DNA of 63,563 nt, the filler included, from Vannella sp. (taxonomy: Eukaryota), in assembly GCA_023345925.1 (NCBI GenBank). It is 7 parts of 7 records of this genome, joined end to end, with 100 filler letters (N's around TTAATTAATTAA, not from the genome) between each part and the next. Parts side by side here need not be neighbours in the genome. Positions count along the whole stretch, not along the records: positions 29,143 to 41,953 come from JAJQQN010001147.1; positions 42,054 to 50,703 come from JAJQQN010001395.1; 5 more parts are not named here. One strand, 5' to 3'. How positions within the stretch are numbered: position 1 is the first letter of the stretch; every line of letters starts with the position of its first letter. The position numbers were made by a program, and so were the translations under genes. The notes under the pieces were generated by a model that saw only the letters and a program-made list of their open reading frames with translations, did not search any database and was not told the origin of the DNA. Shown here in pieces: positions 34,387-46,280 of this stretch.

Positions 34387-36512
34387 ATGGCGGCCTTGAG
34401 CCCCTCTCCTTCAGGAGGTTACGGCGCCATCAACGGGTCGATCAATGAGGCTCCGAAGGATGCATGGGAGATCGCATCGACAGGCTCTTTCAACCAGTAT
34501 GACAACATCTTCGAGACGGAGCGCGCCTTTGGGGATGGGGAAATCGACCCTGAGCGTCGGTTCGCTGAAGAGAAGGAGAAGCACGAAGCGAAGAAGCTTG
34601 GCCAGTTTAGGGCCACTGCTATTGCTGGCAATGACATCACTTGTGAGGCTTCCACTCGCTGCGGGGATCCTTCTTCCTCTAATCACTGTTCGGGGTAGCC
34701 TCCTGCCTCTACGTGGTTGGCATCGCTTTGGTTACCTCTGGGAAAGTAGCTCCCATCTCTCTCTTACTTGTGGTAATGCATCTTCACTCCCACTAGCGCC
34801 TGGCGCTTACATGCCCTAGGCAATCCTCCTTTATCTCTTCCGTGCAGTTTACTCAGAGGTGGTGACCGCCTTACCTCTGAATGGAGGAGCGTACAACGCT
34901 CTTTTGAATACAACTACCAAGTCCATGGCAGCTTTAGCGGCGGTGTTAACTGTCCTCTCCTACGTGGCCACCGCTGTCGTGTCGGCCTCGGAGGCTTGCG
35001 AGTACATTAACAACGTTTGGGAGCAGATTCCAGTGTTCTGGAGCACCTTCCTCGTTCTAGGCTTCTTTGCTCTCCTCAATCTGATCGGTAGGCGAACATC
35101 CCGTGATAACAGAGCGAGATTGACCCTTTCTCAGGCATTACCGAGTCCTCTGTGGTGGCGCTGATGATCTTCAGCTTCCATTTAGTGACACTGGTAGCTT
35201 TGGCCATCGTATCTAGCATCTACATGTTCCAGAATACGAACATCATTGTCGATAACTGGAACAACTTCCCGTCCCCCAGCGGGTACTATTCGTTGGATAT
35301 CTATTATGGGTTCTCTGCTGCTCTGTTAGGAGTCAGCGGATTTGAATCTAGCGCCAATTACATTGAAGAGCAGAAAGAAGGAGTTTTCCCGAAGACACTT
35401 CGCAACATGTGGGTGATTGTGGCTATCTTGAACCCGCTGATGGCAGTTTTGGTTCTTGGAGTGGTCCCTTATAGTGCCTATGCGCAAGATGAACCTTTTA
35501 TCCTGGCGACCATGGGTGGCATTGCTGCAGGAGAATGGATGAACATTTGGGTTTCTGTGGATGCCTTCTTGGTTTTAAGTGGCGCCGTTCTGACATCTTA
35601 TGTGGGTGTTACTGGACTTATTCGAAGAATGGCTTTGGATCGATGCCTTCCCCAGTTCTTCCTTCAAGAAAACTCACTGCGTCACACTAACCATTGGATT
35701 ATCATTGGATTCTTCTTCATAACGGCCTCTCTTTATGCCATAGTACTGGGGAATGTCAACACACTCTCTGGCATGTACAGCGTGGCTTTCCTTGGAGTAA
35801 TGGCACTCTTTGCAGTGGGCTGCATGATGCTCAAGTACAAACGCGATGAAATTCCCCGCAAGATCCGGGCCAATTGGTTCGAAGTGGTTCTTGGGTTCCT
35901 TGGAGTGGTCTCAGGGCTCATTGGGAACATCCTCCTGGACATTGACATCTTAGCGTACTTTACAATTTACTTTTCCATCACTTTCCTGCTCGTGATGGTC
36001 ATGTTCTCTCGCGTCTTTGTCTTGAAACTGGCCCTTTATTTTGTTCGGACGATTCCGTTTGTAGGGAGCATTGTTGCTCCTACGATGGAAGCGTACGTGC
36101 TGAAGTTCAAGCAGCAAAAGATTATCTATTTTGCCAAGACAGACGACCCTTCCGTCATCAACAAGGCGATCTTGTACATCAGAGAGAACGAGCAGGCCAA
36201 TTACATTCATATTGTCCATGTGTACAACGCAGAAGAAGGGCCAGCTCCTCGCCTGGTCGGTAAGTGACTATATTACTTTTCCTTTGGGAATGTTCCTGAC
36301 ACTCCGTCCCAGAATACGTCAGCCTCTTGGATAGGGTCTACCCAAAGATAACAATTAGTCTAGACTTGATCCAAGGCACATTCAGCCCGGCTTATGTCCG
36401 GCGAATCTCGGACAAGATGAAAGTCCCGACCAACTTTATGTTCATTGCCTGCCCTGATGAGAAGATGGGGAGCATTCAAGACTACGGTGGGGTCCGTTTG
36501 ATCACTCATTAG
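34387..36512 (+). CDS. APC-superfamily amino acid permease, multi-exon
   Basis: ATAIAGNDITSSCLY, EVVTALPLNGGAY, LLGVSGFESSANY, many TM segments. Confidence 0.88.
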
Positions 36513-36572
36513 TAACACACCTCCTTTCTCTCTCCTTTGAACGGCCTTGCGCCGATCTTTTCATTGTTTGGG

Positions 36573-37949
36573 ATGCTCGCGCGCGCCGCTTGGGTGGGAT
36601 GGAGGAGGGGGGCTCGGAGGGCCTTTTGCGAGGTCCGATTTGATCTGAAAGAGGTGTCAAAGAAGATGGCAAACCTCATTAGTGAGAGAGATCATGAAAG
36701 CTGCCTGCGGTTCTTCAAGGCCACTGTGGAGCAAGAAGGCACGATTCCTGATGCCATGGTGTACCGTTTGGCTGTTACCAGCGCAATGTACCTGCAAGAT
36801 GATATGGCGACTTCTCTCTATGAAGAAGCGAAGAAGCAGGGCAAGGAGTGTCGAGGAATCAAGGAAGCGCCTTACTACAATCAGATGGTTCGCTTCCTGG
36901 GTAAGCAGGGAGCTCTGATGGCTCAGATCAATATACTAGGAGACATGGTCCGTAACGAAGTACCATTCTCTGAGTACACCTTCGCTCCTATCATCTGGAA
37001 TTGTCGTCAGTTAGGAAAGGTCGATCCCGCTCTCTCTGTTCTGCGGGAGGCCATCAAATATCGCTGTGCTACAACGAACATCTTCACAAACGTCATCTCT
37101 CTTTGCAAAGAGCAACGCCCGGAAGAGGTCCCCCGCCTCGAAAAGGAGATGGCAGAGGTTTCTGGTCCTCCCAATCTCATTGGTTACCACGTACTCCTTA
37201 AAGGAGCTCGAAGCCTCACTGAAGCGCGAAAGTTGTGCAAGGAGATGGAAGAGGAGGGGCTGGCGCTTGATCAGACGTGCTACAACATCCTTCTGGGACT
37301 TTGCGACGATCGAGAGTACCAAGAAGGGATGTCCCTGCTTCGTCAGATGAACGGAAAGGGTATATATCCTGACGAGATCACGTTCATTCAACTTATCAAG
37401 CTCATCTCACGAGCTGGCAGCTTTCAGGACGCTTGGGAAGTCTACGAAATGATGAAAGATTGGATACAGCTGAGCACCAAGGGAATGAACTGCATGATCA
37501 ACTGCTGCAGTCATTTTCGCTCCCTCAAACAAGCAGAACAGGTCTTCTCTGACATGGAACAAGCTCAAATCGAACCCGACGTGATCACGTTCAACTGCTT
37601 GATCAAAGCTGCTTGCAATGGTGACTCTATCGGGAGAGCAATGGACTACTTCCGACTCATGCCAACCAAAGGCATCGAGCCTGATGAAGTCACCTTCAAC
37701 ACTCTCATCCGAAAGAGCGCGATGGTCAACGTCACTTTGGCTCACTCCCTCTACCAAGACATGCTCGCCTCCGGACTCCAGCCAACCATCTACACCTTCG
37801 TCCCCCTCGCTACTGTCTACTCCAGACGTCGATTCACCGTGCGCCTGGAACAACTGGGACAAGAAATGATCAAATATGACGTCGCCCCAAACCCCCTTAT
37901 TTTGGGGGCTTTCCGGGACCTTCGGATTGAATTCCCAACGAAAAAGTAA
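36573..37949 (+). CDS. Pentatricopeptide repeat protein, probably mitochondrial
   Basis: 35-aa repeats (PDVITFNCLIKAAC..G, PDEVTFNTLI, PTIYTF) and an Arg-rich presequence-like N-terminus. Confidence 0.9.
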   Translation: MLARAAWVGWRRGARRAFCEVRFDLKEVSKKMANLISERDHESCLRFFKATVEQEGTIPDAMVYRLAVTSAMYLQDDMATSLYEEAKKQGKECRGIKEAPYYNQMVRFLGKQGALMAQINILGDMVRNEVPFSEYTFAPIIWNCRQLGKVDPALSVLREAIKYRCATTNIFTNVISLCKEQRPEEVPRLEKEMAEVSGPPNLIGYHVLLKGARSLTEARKLCKEMEEEGLALDQTCYNILLGLCDDREYQEGMSLLRQMNGKGIYPDEITFIQLIKLISRAGSFQDAWEVYEMMKDWIQLSTKGMNCMINCCSHFRSLKQAEQVFSDMEQAQIEPDVITFNCLIKAACNGDSIGRAMDYFRLMPTKGIEPDEVTFNTLIRKSAMVNVTLAHSLYQDMLASGLQPTIYTFVPLATVYSRRRFTVRLEQLGQEMIKYDVAPNPLILGAFRDLRIEFPTKK

Positions 37950-38005
37950 ATGGAATGAGAGCGGCTATGAGAGGGGGTTTTAAACTCATTTTTTGGAGGC
38001 CGCGG

Positions 38006-39062
38006 ATGATTCGCCGCTTTGCTCTTGCGACGAGCCGGACTCCTTTGGCGATGCGTGCTACGTTGGAGAACACGACGGATCCTTATGTTGTGGACCATAT
38101 TGATGTGACTGTGACGCAGGAGGATCTGAAGGAGGAGCTGGGTTACAACAAAAGCTACCTTGACTACACAGACGAGTGTTCGTGCTGCTCCTCTCCTCCC
38201 TCCTTAGCTTTCTTCTACCTGGAGTTAGTGTCGATGTAGAGCGTATTCTCACTTGGATTGGGGCAGACAACAAGCATCGACAGGAGATCATCTTTGGAGA
38301 GAAGCTGCGCCCTCTCGTCGCACAGGACGCCTTTATCGCCCCTTGTGCAACTCTGGCTGGAATGGTGGAGGTGTGGCATCACTCTTCCATCTGGTACCGC
38401 GTCACCATCAAAGGTGCGCCGCTCTTCATGCTTGGAGAAAGGGAACTCATCAAAGTGGCGTAGCGGAGAACACCATGGTGCGCATTGGCTACCGCACTAA
38501 CATCCAAGATGGCACAGTCATTGAAGAGGCACCCGATGCTCTCGGACCTGACCACGACGGATCTGTCATGGTGGGCAACTATGTGACTGTTGGTACGTCT
38601 CAGAGGCTCTCAGGATCAAAGGGATGTAGCTGAATCTTCTCTTCTTTAGGACATAACTGCTACCTGAAGGCCTGCACGATCGAGGACAAGTGCCTTGTGG
38701 GAATGGGCAGCGTCTTGAGCGCTGGATCATACATGGAAGAGGGCAGCATCCTCGGGGCACACTCTGTATTGCGCCCTTTCCAGAGAGTTCCACACGGCCA
38801 GGTCTGGGCGGGCAACCCAGCTCGCTACCTGCGCGATGTGTCTGAGGAGGAGACTTTGGGCATTGAGAAAGGCGCTGACCACTACTATCAAACCTCTTTG
38901 GAGCATGGAGATGCCATGTACCTCAGTCCTCCCATGGAATTGTACCGCGAGGCGGAAGAGAAAGGATACTCAGTCGGTGTAGTGGAGAACCCCAACTTTA
39001 TCCAAATGCTCCGAAACACCCGCGAGAAGCTCCGCAACGCTTTGCTATCTCGAAAGGAGTAA
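38006..39062 (+). CDS. Gamma-carbonic-anhydrase-like mitochondrial complex I subunit, 4 exons
   Basis: Hexapeptide repeats: AFIAPCATLAG.V, SSIWY, IG..TNIQDG, VTVGHNC, CLVGMGS, WAGNPARYLR. Confidence 0.85.
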
Positions 39063-39112
39063 ACTCAGCCCCTTCTCACTCACTAAATCCGCAACATTCG
39101 CTCCTGGAAGAC

Positions 39113-41147
39113 TCACAAGTACTGATAAGGATGAACCGTGAAGCGAATGGGCATACCAAAGGAGGCGCACGTGATCAAATGAGGCAAAGAGTTGTTGCGG
39201 AAGAAGTGAGAAACCCATTGCTGGAAATAGTAAAAGTTACTGGTCACTGGACTGGCTTGGTCCTGCATTCCATCTGCGTCAGACCCAGCGCTGGAAGGAA
39301 GAGGGAGCTCTTACTTTGAGGTCGAAGAAGACGCTGCTGTGGTGAGAGTGCGTTCCAGTAGACTCGCTGTGTCCCAACACTCGAAAGAAGATTCCACCCG
39401 TGAAGAGAGACGAATCAGTCAGATAAAGGATGAGTCCGTAGATAGGAAAGTGATTAAGAAGTTGCAACCCTCCGAAGATTGTCGCATGGACGAGGAACAC
39501 AAGGAATCGGACGAGACTAAAGTAAAGATAATAAATGGCCACTGTTGGCAGCAAGAAGAAGAGGACAGTGAAGATGATAGTCCCTAGCAGAAGCTGGTCG
39601 ATATCATAATGGCAGGAATCAATGCGATTCCGGAGAACATTTCTCTTCTTCCCTCGGAACAGCTTCCAAAGACCAGAAATGGCTTCAAGCTGATGCATGT
39701 AAATGCGTGCCGACCCATGATAGAACCATGTTATGTGGAGTACACATATAAAGAGAAGGTCAGAGGCCAAGGAGAGCATCATGGAGAGGCCAAGAATACC
39801 AGTGGTACTTCCCAATATAACGAATTGATGATATGTGATGGGCAGAGTGTGGAGTATCTCCGTCCATTTGGCGCTGTAGAATAGAAAGAGCTGGCCCATG
39901 AACCTATCTACGTTATCGTTTAACTTAAAGCCCGCCGGCCAGCCCATCAGCCACTTGATAGAAGAGACAACAATGTGCTCGGAGAAGAAATGAGTGACTT
40001 GGTTCATCACGTGGACCACTTGGTTTGCGTAAGTAGCAATAAGAAAGGTTAGTAGAATACCAAGGATTGTGTCAATGGTAATGGCAAAGAACATGTTGTA
40101 GAAATTGACATTAAAGCGGCGCGTTCTCGGATGATTTGCCCACTTTTTGTGCATTCCAATCCATGCCCAAGGTAGCTGACGAGCCAAAGTAAATCTCATG
40201 CATACCTGTTGAATCGTGGCGCTCTTCTCAAGCACAGAACGTAGTCCGATGGGAACCATTTGAAGTAACTTATCTTGAAGAGAATGGGCTGTGATGGATA
40301 TGAGTGAGATTGTCATGATTAAGAACCACATTATCTTTGAGAGGAAAGTAATGGAGTCCTTATGATGATGGTAAGTGGCAAGTAGGTCAGAGTGAATAGT
40401 GACTGGGTCAGCCAAGTTACCATCTCGGATTCTGTGCTCCTCTTTCACTTGCAAGGAGTCTCCTTCGTCCAGCTTCTTCAGCAGATCTTTTTGTATAATC
40501 CATGAACAGTTGACTTGGTGCAGAGTCCGCTCCAAGTCACTAAGAGGAGTTGCGTCATCGGGAGTGGGGAGATCTCGGTTCTGGAAGATATCTAGGTCCA
40601 ATGCAGTACATGAGAAGTAGTGCTTTGATGTTGGCAATCGGTAGAACACAATCTGGGAGTCAATCATGTACTGATAACCGAAACAGAAGAGTTCTCGCAG
40701 CCGAGGGAGCTCAGTCGTCGTCGTCTTCTGTCCTCTTCGTTGAACAGAGGCGGAATGGAGTGTACTATCAGCAATGTCGCCTCTCTTCTCGGTTTCTTGG
40801 GCGATAGGAGTGTTGTACAGGTCCATAGAGAGCCAGAAGTTCTCGCTTTGTCGCTTTGCATCAATGTAGACTCGTAGCTCTGGCGAGAGGGACTCCTCAT
40901 GGCAGTTCCAGAGCCCAAGAAGGATGGGAGGGCCAGAGCAATACGCGTGGATCTCTCTAAGCCTCAGATCTTGCCCCAAACGCTTCAACGCGGCGTCCAG
41001 CTCCTCTGGATGAGCCACCAAGTGGAAAGGAATGATACACGCCACACAGCCAATGAAGGAGCGAACGTTCCACCCGATCAGATAGCCCCCTCCCTCCTTA
41101 TTGCAGCTCACAGGCCAGAAGATCCGCGCAATGGCCTCTCCCGCCAT
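39113..41147 (-). CDS. PIGQ: GPI-GlcNAc transferase subunit PIG-Q/Gpi1, 2 exons
   Basis: WLMGWPAGFKLN, LWKLFRGKKRNVLRNRIDS, QLLLGTIIFTVLFFLLPT. Confidence 0.92.
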
Positions 41148-41174
41148 CCCTTAGCCTTCGGTCAAGTACAAATA

Positions 41175-41903
41175 CTATTTATCTCCTTCCTCACGCTCTT
41201 TGAGACAGCCAGGGCAGCGAGGCTGGCGCGCTCGACCTCGCGTGATGCTTCCGTGTTGCTCGCACTTGACGTAGTGGGAGCAAGGGCGCTCGCCAAGGCC
41301 CTGGTTCTGTTCACAGGTGGAGGGATGTAGGACAGCTATCAGTAGCTGGCGTTTGAGGTGCTGGACGGCGTTGAGGTAGCCAGAGGAAAGGGACCGACTG
41401 CATCCTTCGTTACATTTCTCCCTTGCAAGAGGACCAGCGCAGCGGGGACAGGAAGACTTGAATGAAGGCTTTCTACTTGTCACACAGTATTCAACACACT
41501 CAGTACCGCAACCGGGGAAGCGCCCAAACAAGGAGGAACAGCATGCAACACAGCGAAGGAGTTGCGGGATCGATCGTGAACAGCACTCAGTGCAAGAGAT
41601 GTAGTGAGAACATGCAAACGTGAAATCAAAGTCATCAGACAGCATCAGCGAGGAAGGACCACCGCAGACGCTGCAGTCGAATGGAACAGTCCCAGGAGCC
41701 ACGAAAACGAACTCAAAGTGAGTGGCAAAGCGATTGTCCTCTCGGACGGCACGAACAGAAGCTTGGACGCGCTTAGATGGTGAAAGGTCGGTCTTTGGGG
41801 GTGGAGACGGAAATGGTTGCAATTGAGAGGCCAGTTTCGGGTTCTGCTCATGGAAGGACGGACTCGCATAAAGCGGGCAGAACAGTGTTTGGGTAGGCTG
41901 CAT
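41175..41903 (-). CDS. Cys-rich hypothetical protein with possible zinc fingers
   Basis: 242-aa ORF with many CxxC pairs (CSVC, C.H..CTEC, CVAC, CPRC, CPGC); family not recognised. Confidence 0.45.
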   Translation of the reverse strand: MQPTQTLFCPLYASPSFHEQNPKLASQLQPFPSPPPKTDLSPSKRVQASVRAVREDNRFATHFEFVFVAPGTVPFDCSVCGGPSSLMLSDDFDFTFACSHYISCTECCSRSIPQLLRCVACCSSLFGRFPGCGTECVEYCVTSRKPSFKSSCPRCAGPLAREKCNEGCSRSLSSGYLNAVQHLKRQLLIAVLHPSTCEQNQGLGERPCSHYVKCEQHGSITRGRARQPRCPGCLKEREEGDK

Positions 41904-41953
41904 CGACAGGCGGCAAATAGTGGTTTATTGTTAGCCTCCAATGGTAGCTAACA

Positions 41954-42053
41954 NNNNNNNNNNNNNNNNNNNNNNNNNNNNNNNNNNNNNNNNNNNNTTA
42001 ATTAATTAANNNNNNNNNNNNNNNNNNNNNNNNNNNNNNNNNNNNNNNNNNNN
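41954..42053. other. Artificial contig linker
   Basis: N44-TTAATTAATTAA-N44. Confidence 0.99.
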
Positions 42054-42504
42054 GCGGAATGAGCGAAAGAAGTGGATTCACTGCTTCCAGGATGTCACTG
42101 CTGTGCTCTTCTGCGTGGCCATGAACGAATACGATATGCTCATGGAGGAAGACAACTCCACCAATCGACTGCAGGACTCACTACAAGTGTTCAAGGACAT
42201 TGCAGAGTCTCCCTACTTTAACAAGACACCCATTATCATCTTCCTAAACAAAAAGGACCTCTTTGCGAAGAAGGCGTGTTCTGTGAATCTCGACTGCTGC
42301 TTCCCTTTGTACAGTGGAGGTCTGGACTATGACAACGCAGCCGGATACATCTGGAACAAGTTCGTCTCTGTTGGTTCTGATAGGGAAGAACCAATCATTG
42401 CCCACTTTACTCGAGCCACAGACACCAAAAACATTCGGATTGTCTTCGAATCCGTTCGAGACCTGCTCATGAAAAAGTCTCTGCAGCTTTCTGGCATGAA
42501 CTAG
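42054..42504 (+). CDS. Heterotrimeric G-protein alpha subunit, C-terminal part
   Basis: RNERKKWIHCFQDVTAVLF, NRLQDSL, IIFLNKKDLF, HFTRATDTKNI..VF. Confidence 0.95.
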
Positions 42505-42694
42505 AAGGAACAAAGGAGCCATGACGTCGTTTAGAAGGTCAATTCCTTCCACATGTCTACGAGTTGGTTGCTTCCTGTGTAATAATACATTAATGTGGAA
42601 CTAGGTCCTCTCAATGTTGCAGATCGGGCCCCAGATTAGTCACTCTATAGACGAGAAGTTTCATCATCAAACCAAATCAACGCTCAAAAAGTCA

Positions 42695-42760
42695 AAAAGA
42701 TGAAATCAGGCAAAAAGCCCATCCTGAAGAGATGAAGGCGATCCGAAGAAGCTGCTCAAA
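42695..42760 (+). repeat. Dispersed repeat copy matching 22615..22680 (-)
   Basis: 52/66 ungapped identity by manual alignment. Confidence 0.7.
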
Positions 42761-42845
42761 GATTAGTTTTGAGTGCCAGGAAGCTGCTCAAACGATGATT
42801 AGCGCGAATGGCTGGAAAAGTCAGTTTTTGTTGGCCCGAAGGAAC

Positions 42846-44510
42846 ATGCGCGCAGCTCTTGTTCTCTGTCTGGCCTTGTGCGTTGTATCCTCGCTTGCGC
42901 TGGTGATCAAGCCAACTCATAAGCGGCCATTGGGGTGGAAGCGTGACGGAGAACCTGCCAAATCTCACCCGATCCGCCTCCAGTTTGCCCTGAAGCAAAG
43001 GAACATGGATCTGGTCGAAGAGACCCTTCTCCGAGTGTCTGATCCCCGAGAGCCAACCTATGGAGAATGGATGAGCCTTGAGCAACTCACTGAGATGATC
43101 GCCCCCTCCCACAGCGAGGTCCAACTGGTCCTCACTTGGCTTGAGAACTTCGGGTGAGTGTCTCCCCCCTCCTACAACACCAATCTAACCCCTGATAGCA
43201 TCACCGGGGCTGAGTACCGCCCTACTCGTGACTGGGTCCTTGTGGACACAACCGTGGAGAAGGCCGAGCGCCTCCTCGCCACAGACCTCATCTTCTACAC
43301 CAAGGGATCCGGTGACCACACTATCATTCGTGCAGCCAACGAGTACTCCATCCCTGACGACGTCGCTGAGGTTGTTGACTTTGTAGGAGGCCTTCAAGGC
43401 TTCCCTTACTCTTCATGGAAGCCTGTCGCGTATGATAACACTCTCCCTGCCACTGGAAACACCCCTGCCACTGTCTACAAGCTCTATGGTATCACTGTAC
43501 CCACCAAATCGTGCAATTGCAACTCCTCTCAAGCCGTGGTGGAGTTCTCTAGCGCCAACTACTCTCCCACTGATCTCCAGCAGTTCTTCAGCGAGTATGC
43601 TCCCGACCTTGAGGGAGAGACTCTCGAGAACATCTACGGGAAGAACAACGGCAACGGATTCATCAGTGTGGAGGCAAACCTCGACGTTCAGTACATCATG
43701 GCCATTGGCGCCTTCATCCCCACGGATGACTACGTTGTCCCCCGTAACCCAGACATTCTTGATGCCTTCTTGCAGTACCAATACGTTGTTGGCAACCAAA
43801 CCAATCCTCCTTTCGTCCACTCCATCAGTTGGGGAGAATATGGAGGCGATTACGACAACAAGACCGTCCAGCGAGTCAACAACGAGTTCATGTTGATGAG
43901 TGCACGTGGTATCACGGTCTGTGTGGCATCAGGAGACAACGGTGTGGGCTGCGGCGACAACTGCCAGTCCCAAGAGTTCGACTTCCCCAGCTCCCCGTAC
44001 ATCACCATGGTCGGCTCCACAGGCTTGAACTCCCAAGGAAAGGAGCAAGGTGCAACGTTCAGCTCTGGTGGCTTCTCTCGCGACTACTACCAGCCCACTT
44101 GGCAGGCAACGGCAGTCACCAACTACTTCAAGAGTGGCGTTGATGAGCCCTCCATCTACTACGATGCCATGGGCCGTGGCTACCCTGATGTCTCTGCCTT
44201 GGGTGTGAGCCTGAACATCATTGCACGAGGCCGCGAGCAGTCTGTGGATGGAACGTCCGCCTCTGCCCCTATCTTCGGTGCCATTATCTCCCTCCTGAAC
44301 GCTCAGCGATCGCTCGTTGGCAAGGGCCCTTTGGGTTACATCAACCCATGGATCTACCAGAACGCTGCCATGTTCAACGACGTCACCACCGGCTCCAACC
44401 CCTACAAATGCTGTGAGGGCTTCACCGCTGCCTCCGGATGGGATCCAGTCACTGGTCTCGGCACTCCTAACTACCCCAAGATGCTTAAGAGTGCACTTGC
44501 TCTCCGTTAA
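42846..44510 (+). CDS. Sedolisin (S53) tripeptidyl-peptidase-I-like secreted protease, 2 exons
   Basis: Signal peptide, prodomain (ALKQRN, VSDP..PTYG), EANLDVQY, ASGDNG, RGYPDVSA, GTSASAP, GWDPVTGLGTP. Confidence 0.93.
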
Positions 44511-44566
44511 GCACCCAATAAAGCGCTCTGCGTCATCTCCCGCCCATTCCTTCTTGGTCCGTCCCG

Positions 44567-46184
44567 ATGAGCGACTATCCGTTGATGGTAAGCGCCCTCT
44601 GCCGCGGGTGTGGTGCACTTGGCCTGATAGAGAAGGAAGGTGAGCATTAGTGGCGTCCGTGGCATTGCAGGGGGCTCCATCACTCCCGCTCTTGTCAGCG
44701 AGTATGTGGCGGCCTTCGCCCACTTGCAGATCTCCCGCCACCGCGCCACGCTGGATGCAGCTCAAAAGCCTGAGATTGTACTTCTCCGTGACAGTCGCGT
44801 CTCTGGTGGATGGATTGAGCGGGTTAGCGCGGGAGTACTTCAGTCGATGGGGGTCACCGTCATCTCCTGCGGTATTCAACCAACTCCCACCGCACAGCTC
44901 CTCGCTCAAGAGCGTAAGGGTGCTATTGGTGCTTTAGTGATCACCTCTTCGCACAACCCTGCTGAGTGGAACGTGAGTCCATGATCAAGGCCTAGGGTTT
45001 AGGGTTTTGGTTAACGCCTTTGAAGGGTTTGAAGTTCATTGATGCTGATGGACTCTTCTTGAGCCCTCACAACTGCGAACTTCTGTTCTCGATTGTGAAG
45101 GACCGCTCTTATGTTTGCGCACCTTTTGACCAAAGTGGGGAGTTTATCGAGTTTCCCGATGCGGCTGCAATGTGAGCTGAATTCACCCTTTATTGATGTA
45201 TTTGTTGATGTGAGAGTAGTCACATTGATGCCTGTATCAAGCTGCCGTACATTAACCTGGAAGCCACAAAGAAGCGCAACTTCAGTGTGGTTTTGGACAG
45301 TGTTAATGGCGCTGGTGGCCCCATTATGAAGACTCTTCTGGAGACTTTGGGCTGCCGAGTGATTGGACTCAATTTGGAGCCTACTGGCCGCTTTGCTCAC
45401 ACTCCAGAACCCATCCCAGAGAATTTGGGGCAACTTTGTGAGGCTGTGAAGCAACACAAGGCAGACTTTGGTGTTGCTGTTGATCCAGACGTCGACCGCT
45501 TTGTACTCATTGATGAGAATGGCAAGCCTCTGGGTGAAGAGTACACCTTAGCGTTGGCTGTCCAATTCTACCTGTCTGCCACAGGGAAAGTTGGACCCGT
45601 TTGCAAGAATCTTTCGTCCAGTCGAGTGTGTGATGACATTGCAAAGAAGTTTGGATGCTCTTCTGTCAACACGCCAGTAGGCGAGATTCATGTGGCTGGC
45701 AAAATGGTGGAGATTGGAGCTATTATTGGAGGGGAAGGAAACGGTGGAGTGATGTTACCCGACGTCCACATTGGCCGCGACGCTCTTGTTGCTGCTGTTC
45801 TTATCATTCAAGTAAGTCAAAAGGAGTGTATCACACATCTGTTTAACTTGGAAATAGCTTCTGGCCTCCTTTGAGGGGACCATCAGCCAATTGAAGGCAA
45901 CCCTTCCTCAATACGAGATTGTGAAACTTAAGGCTCCTGTGGATGGACTTGAGCCTGAACTGATCTTGGCAGACATCAAGAAGCAGTGGGAGAAGAAGGA
46001 AGGAGTTTCCTTTACCGAAGGCGATGGCCTTCGCATCGACACTCCTGAGTTTTGGGTTCACATGCGCAAGAGCAACACGGAGCCCATCATCAGAGTGATT
46101 GGGGAACACCAAACTCTGGCCCTGGCAGAAGAAACTTGTCGCCAGTTCCTCAGTGACATCCAAAACTGGAAGCCTTCGAATTAG
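44567..46184 (+). CDS. Phosphohexomutase (phosphoglucosamine mutase/PMM-like), 5 exons
   Basis: SISGVRG, ITSSHNP.EWNGLKF, DSVNGAG, DPDVDR, GGEGNGG, DGLRID, RKSNTEPIIR. Confidence 0.9.
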
Positions 46185-46280
46185 AAGTTCCTCTCTTGTT
46201 TGTCCCTTCCCTCAGTCAGTTATAAACCCTCGCACCATCGCTTATTGAAGAATTGCTTTATCCTGTGTCAAGGAGAATGC

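Noticed and set aside
43929..44909. Long antisense or alternate-frame ORFs (also 47145..47852, 52504..53088, 57855..58652)
   Set aside because: Shadows of codon-biased or low-complexity genes on the opposite strand.
44990..45008. Telomere-like TAGGGTTTAGGGTTT in a phosphomutase intron
   Set aside because: Only about two units, which is compatible with chance.
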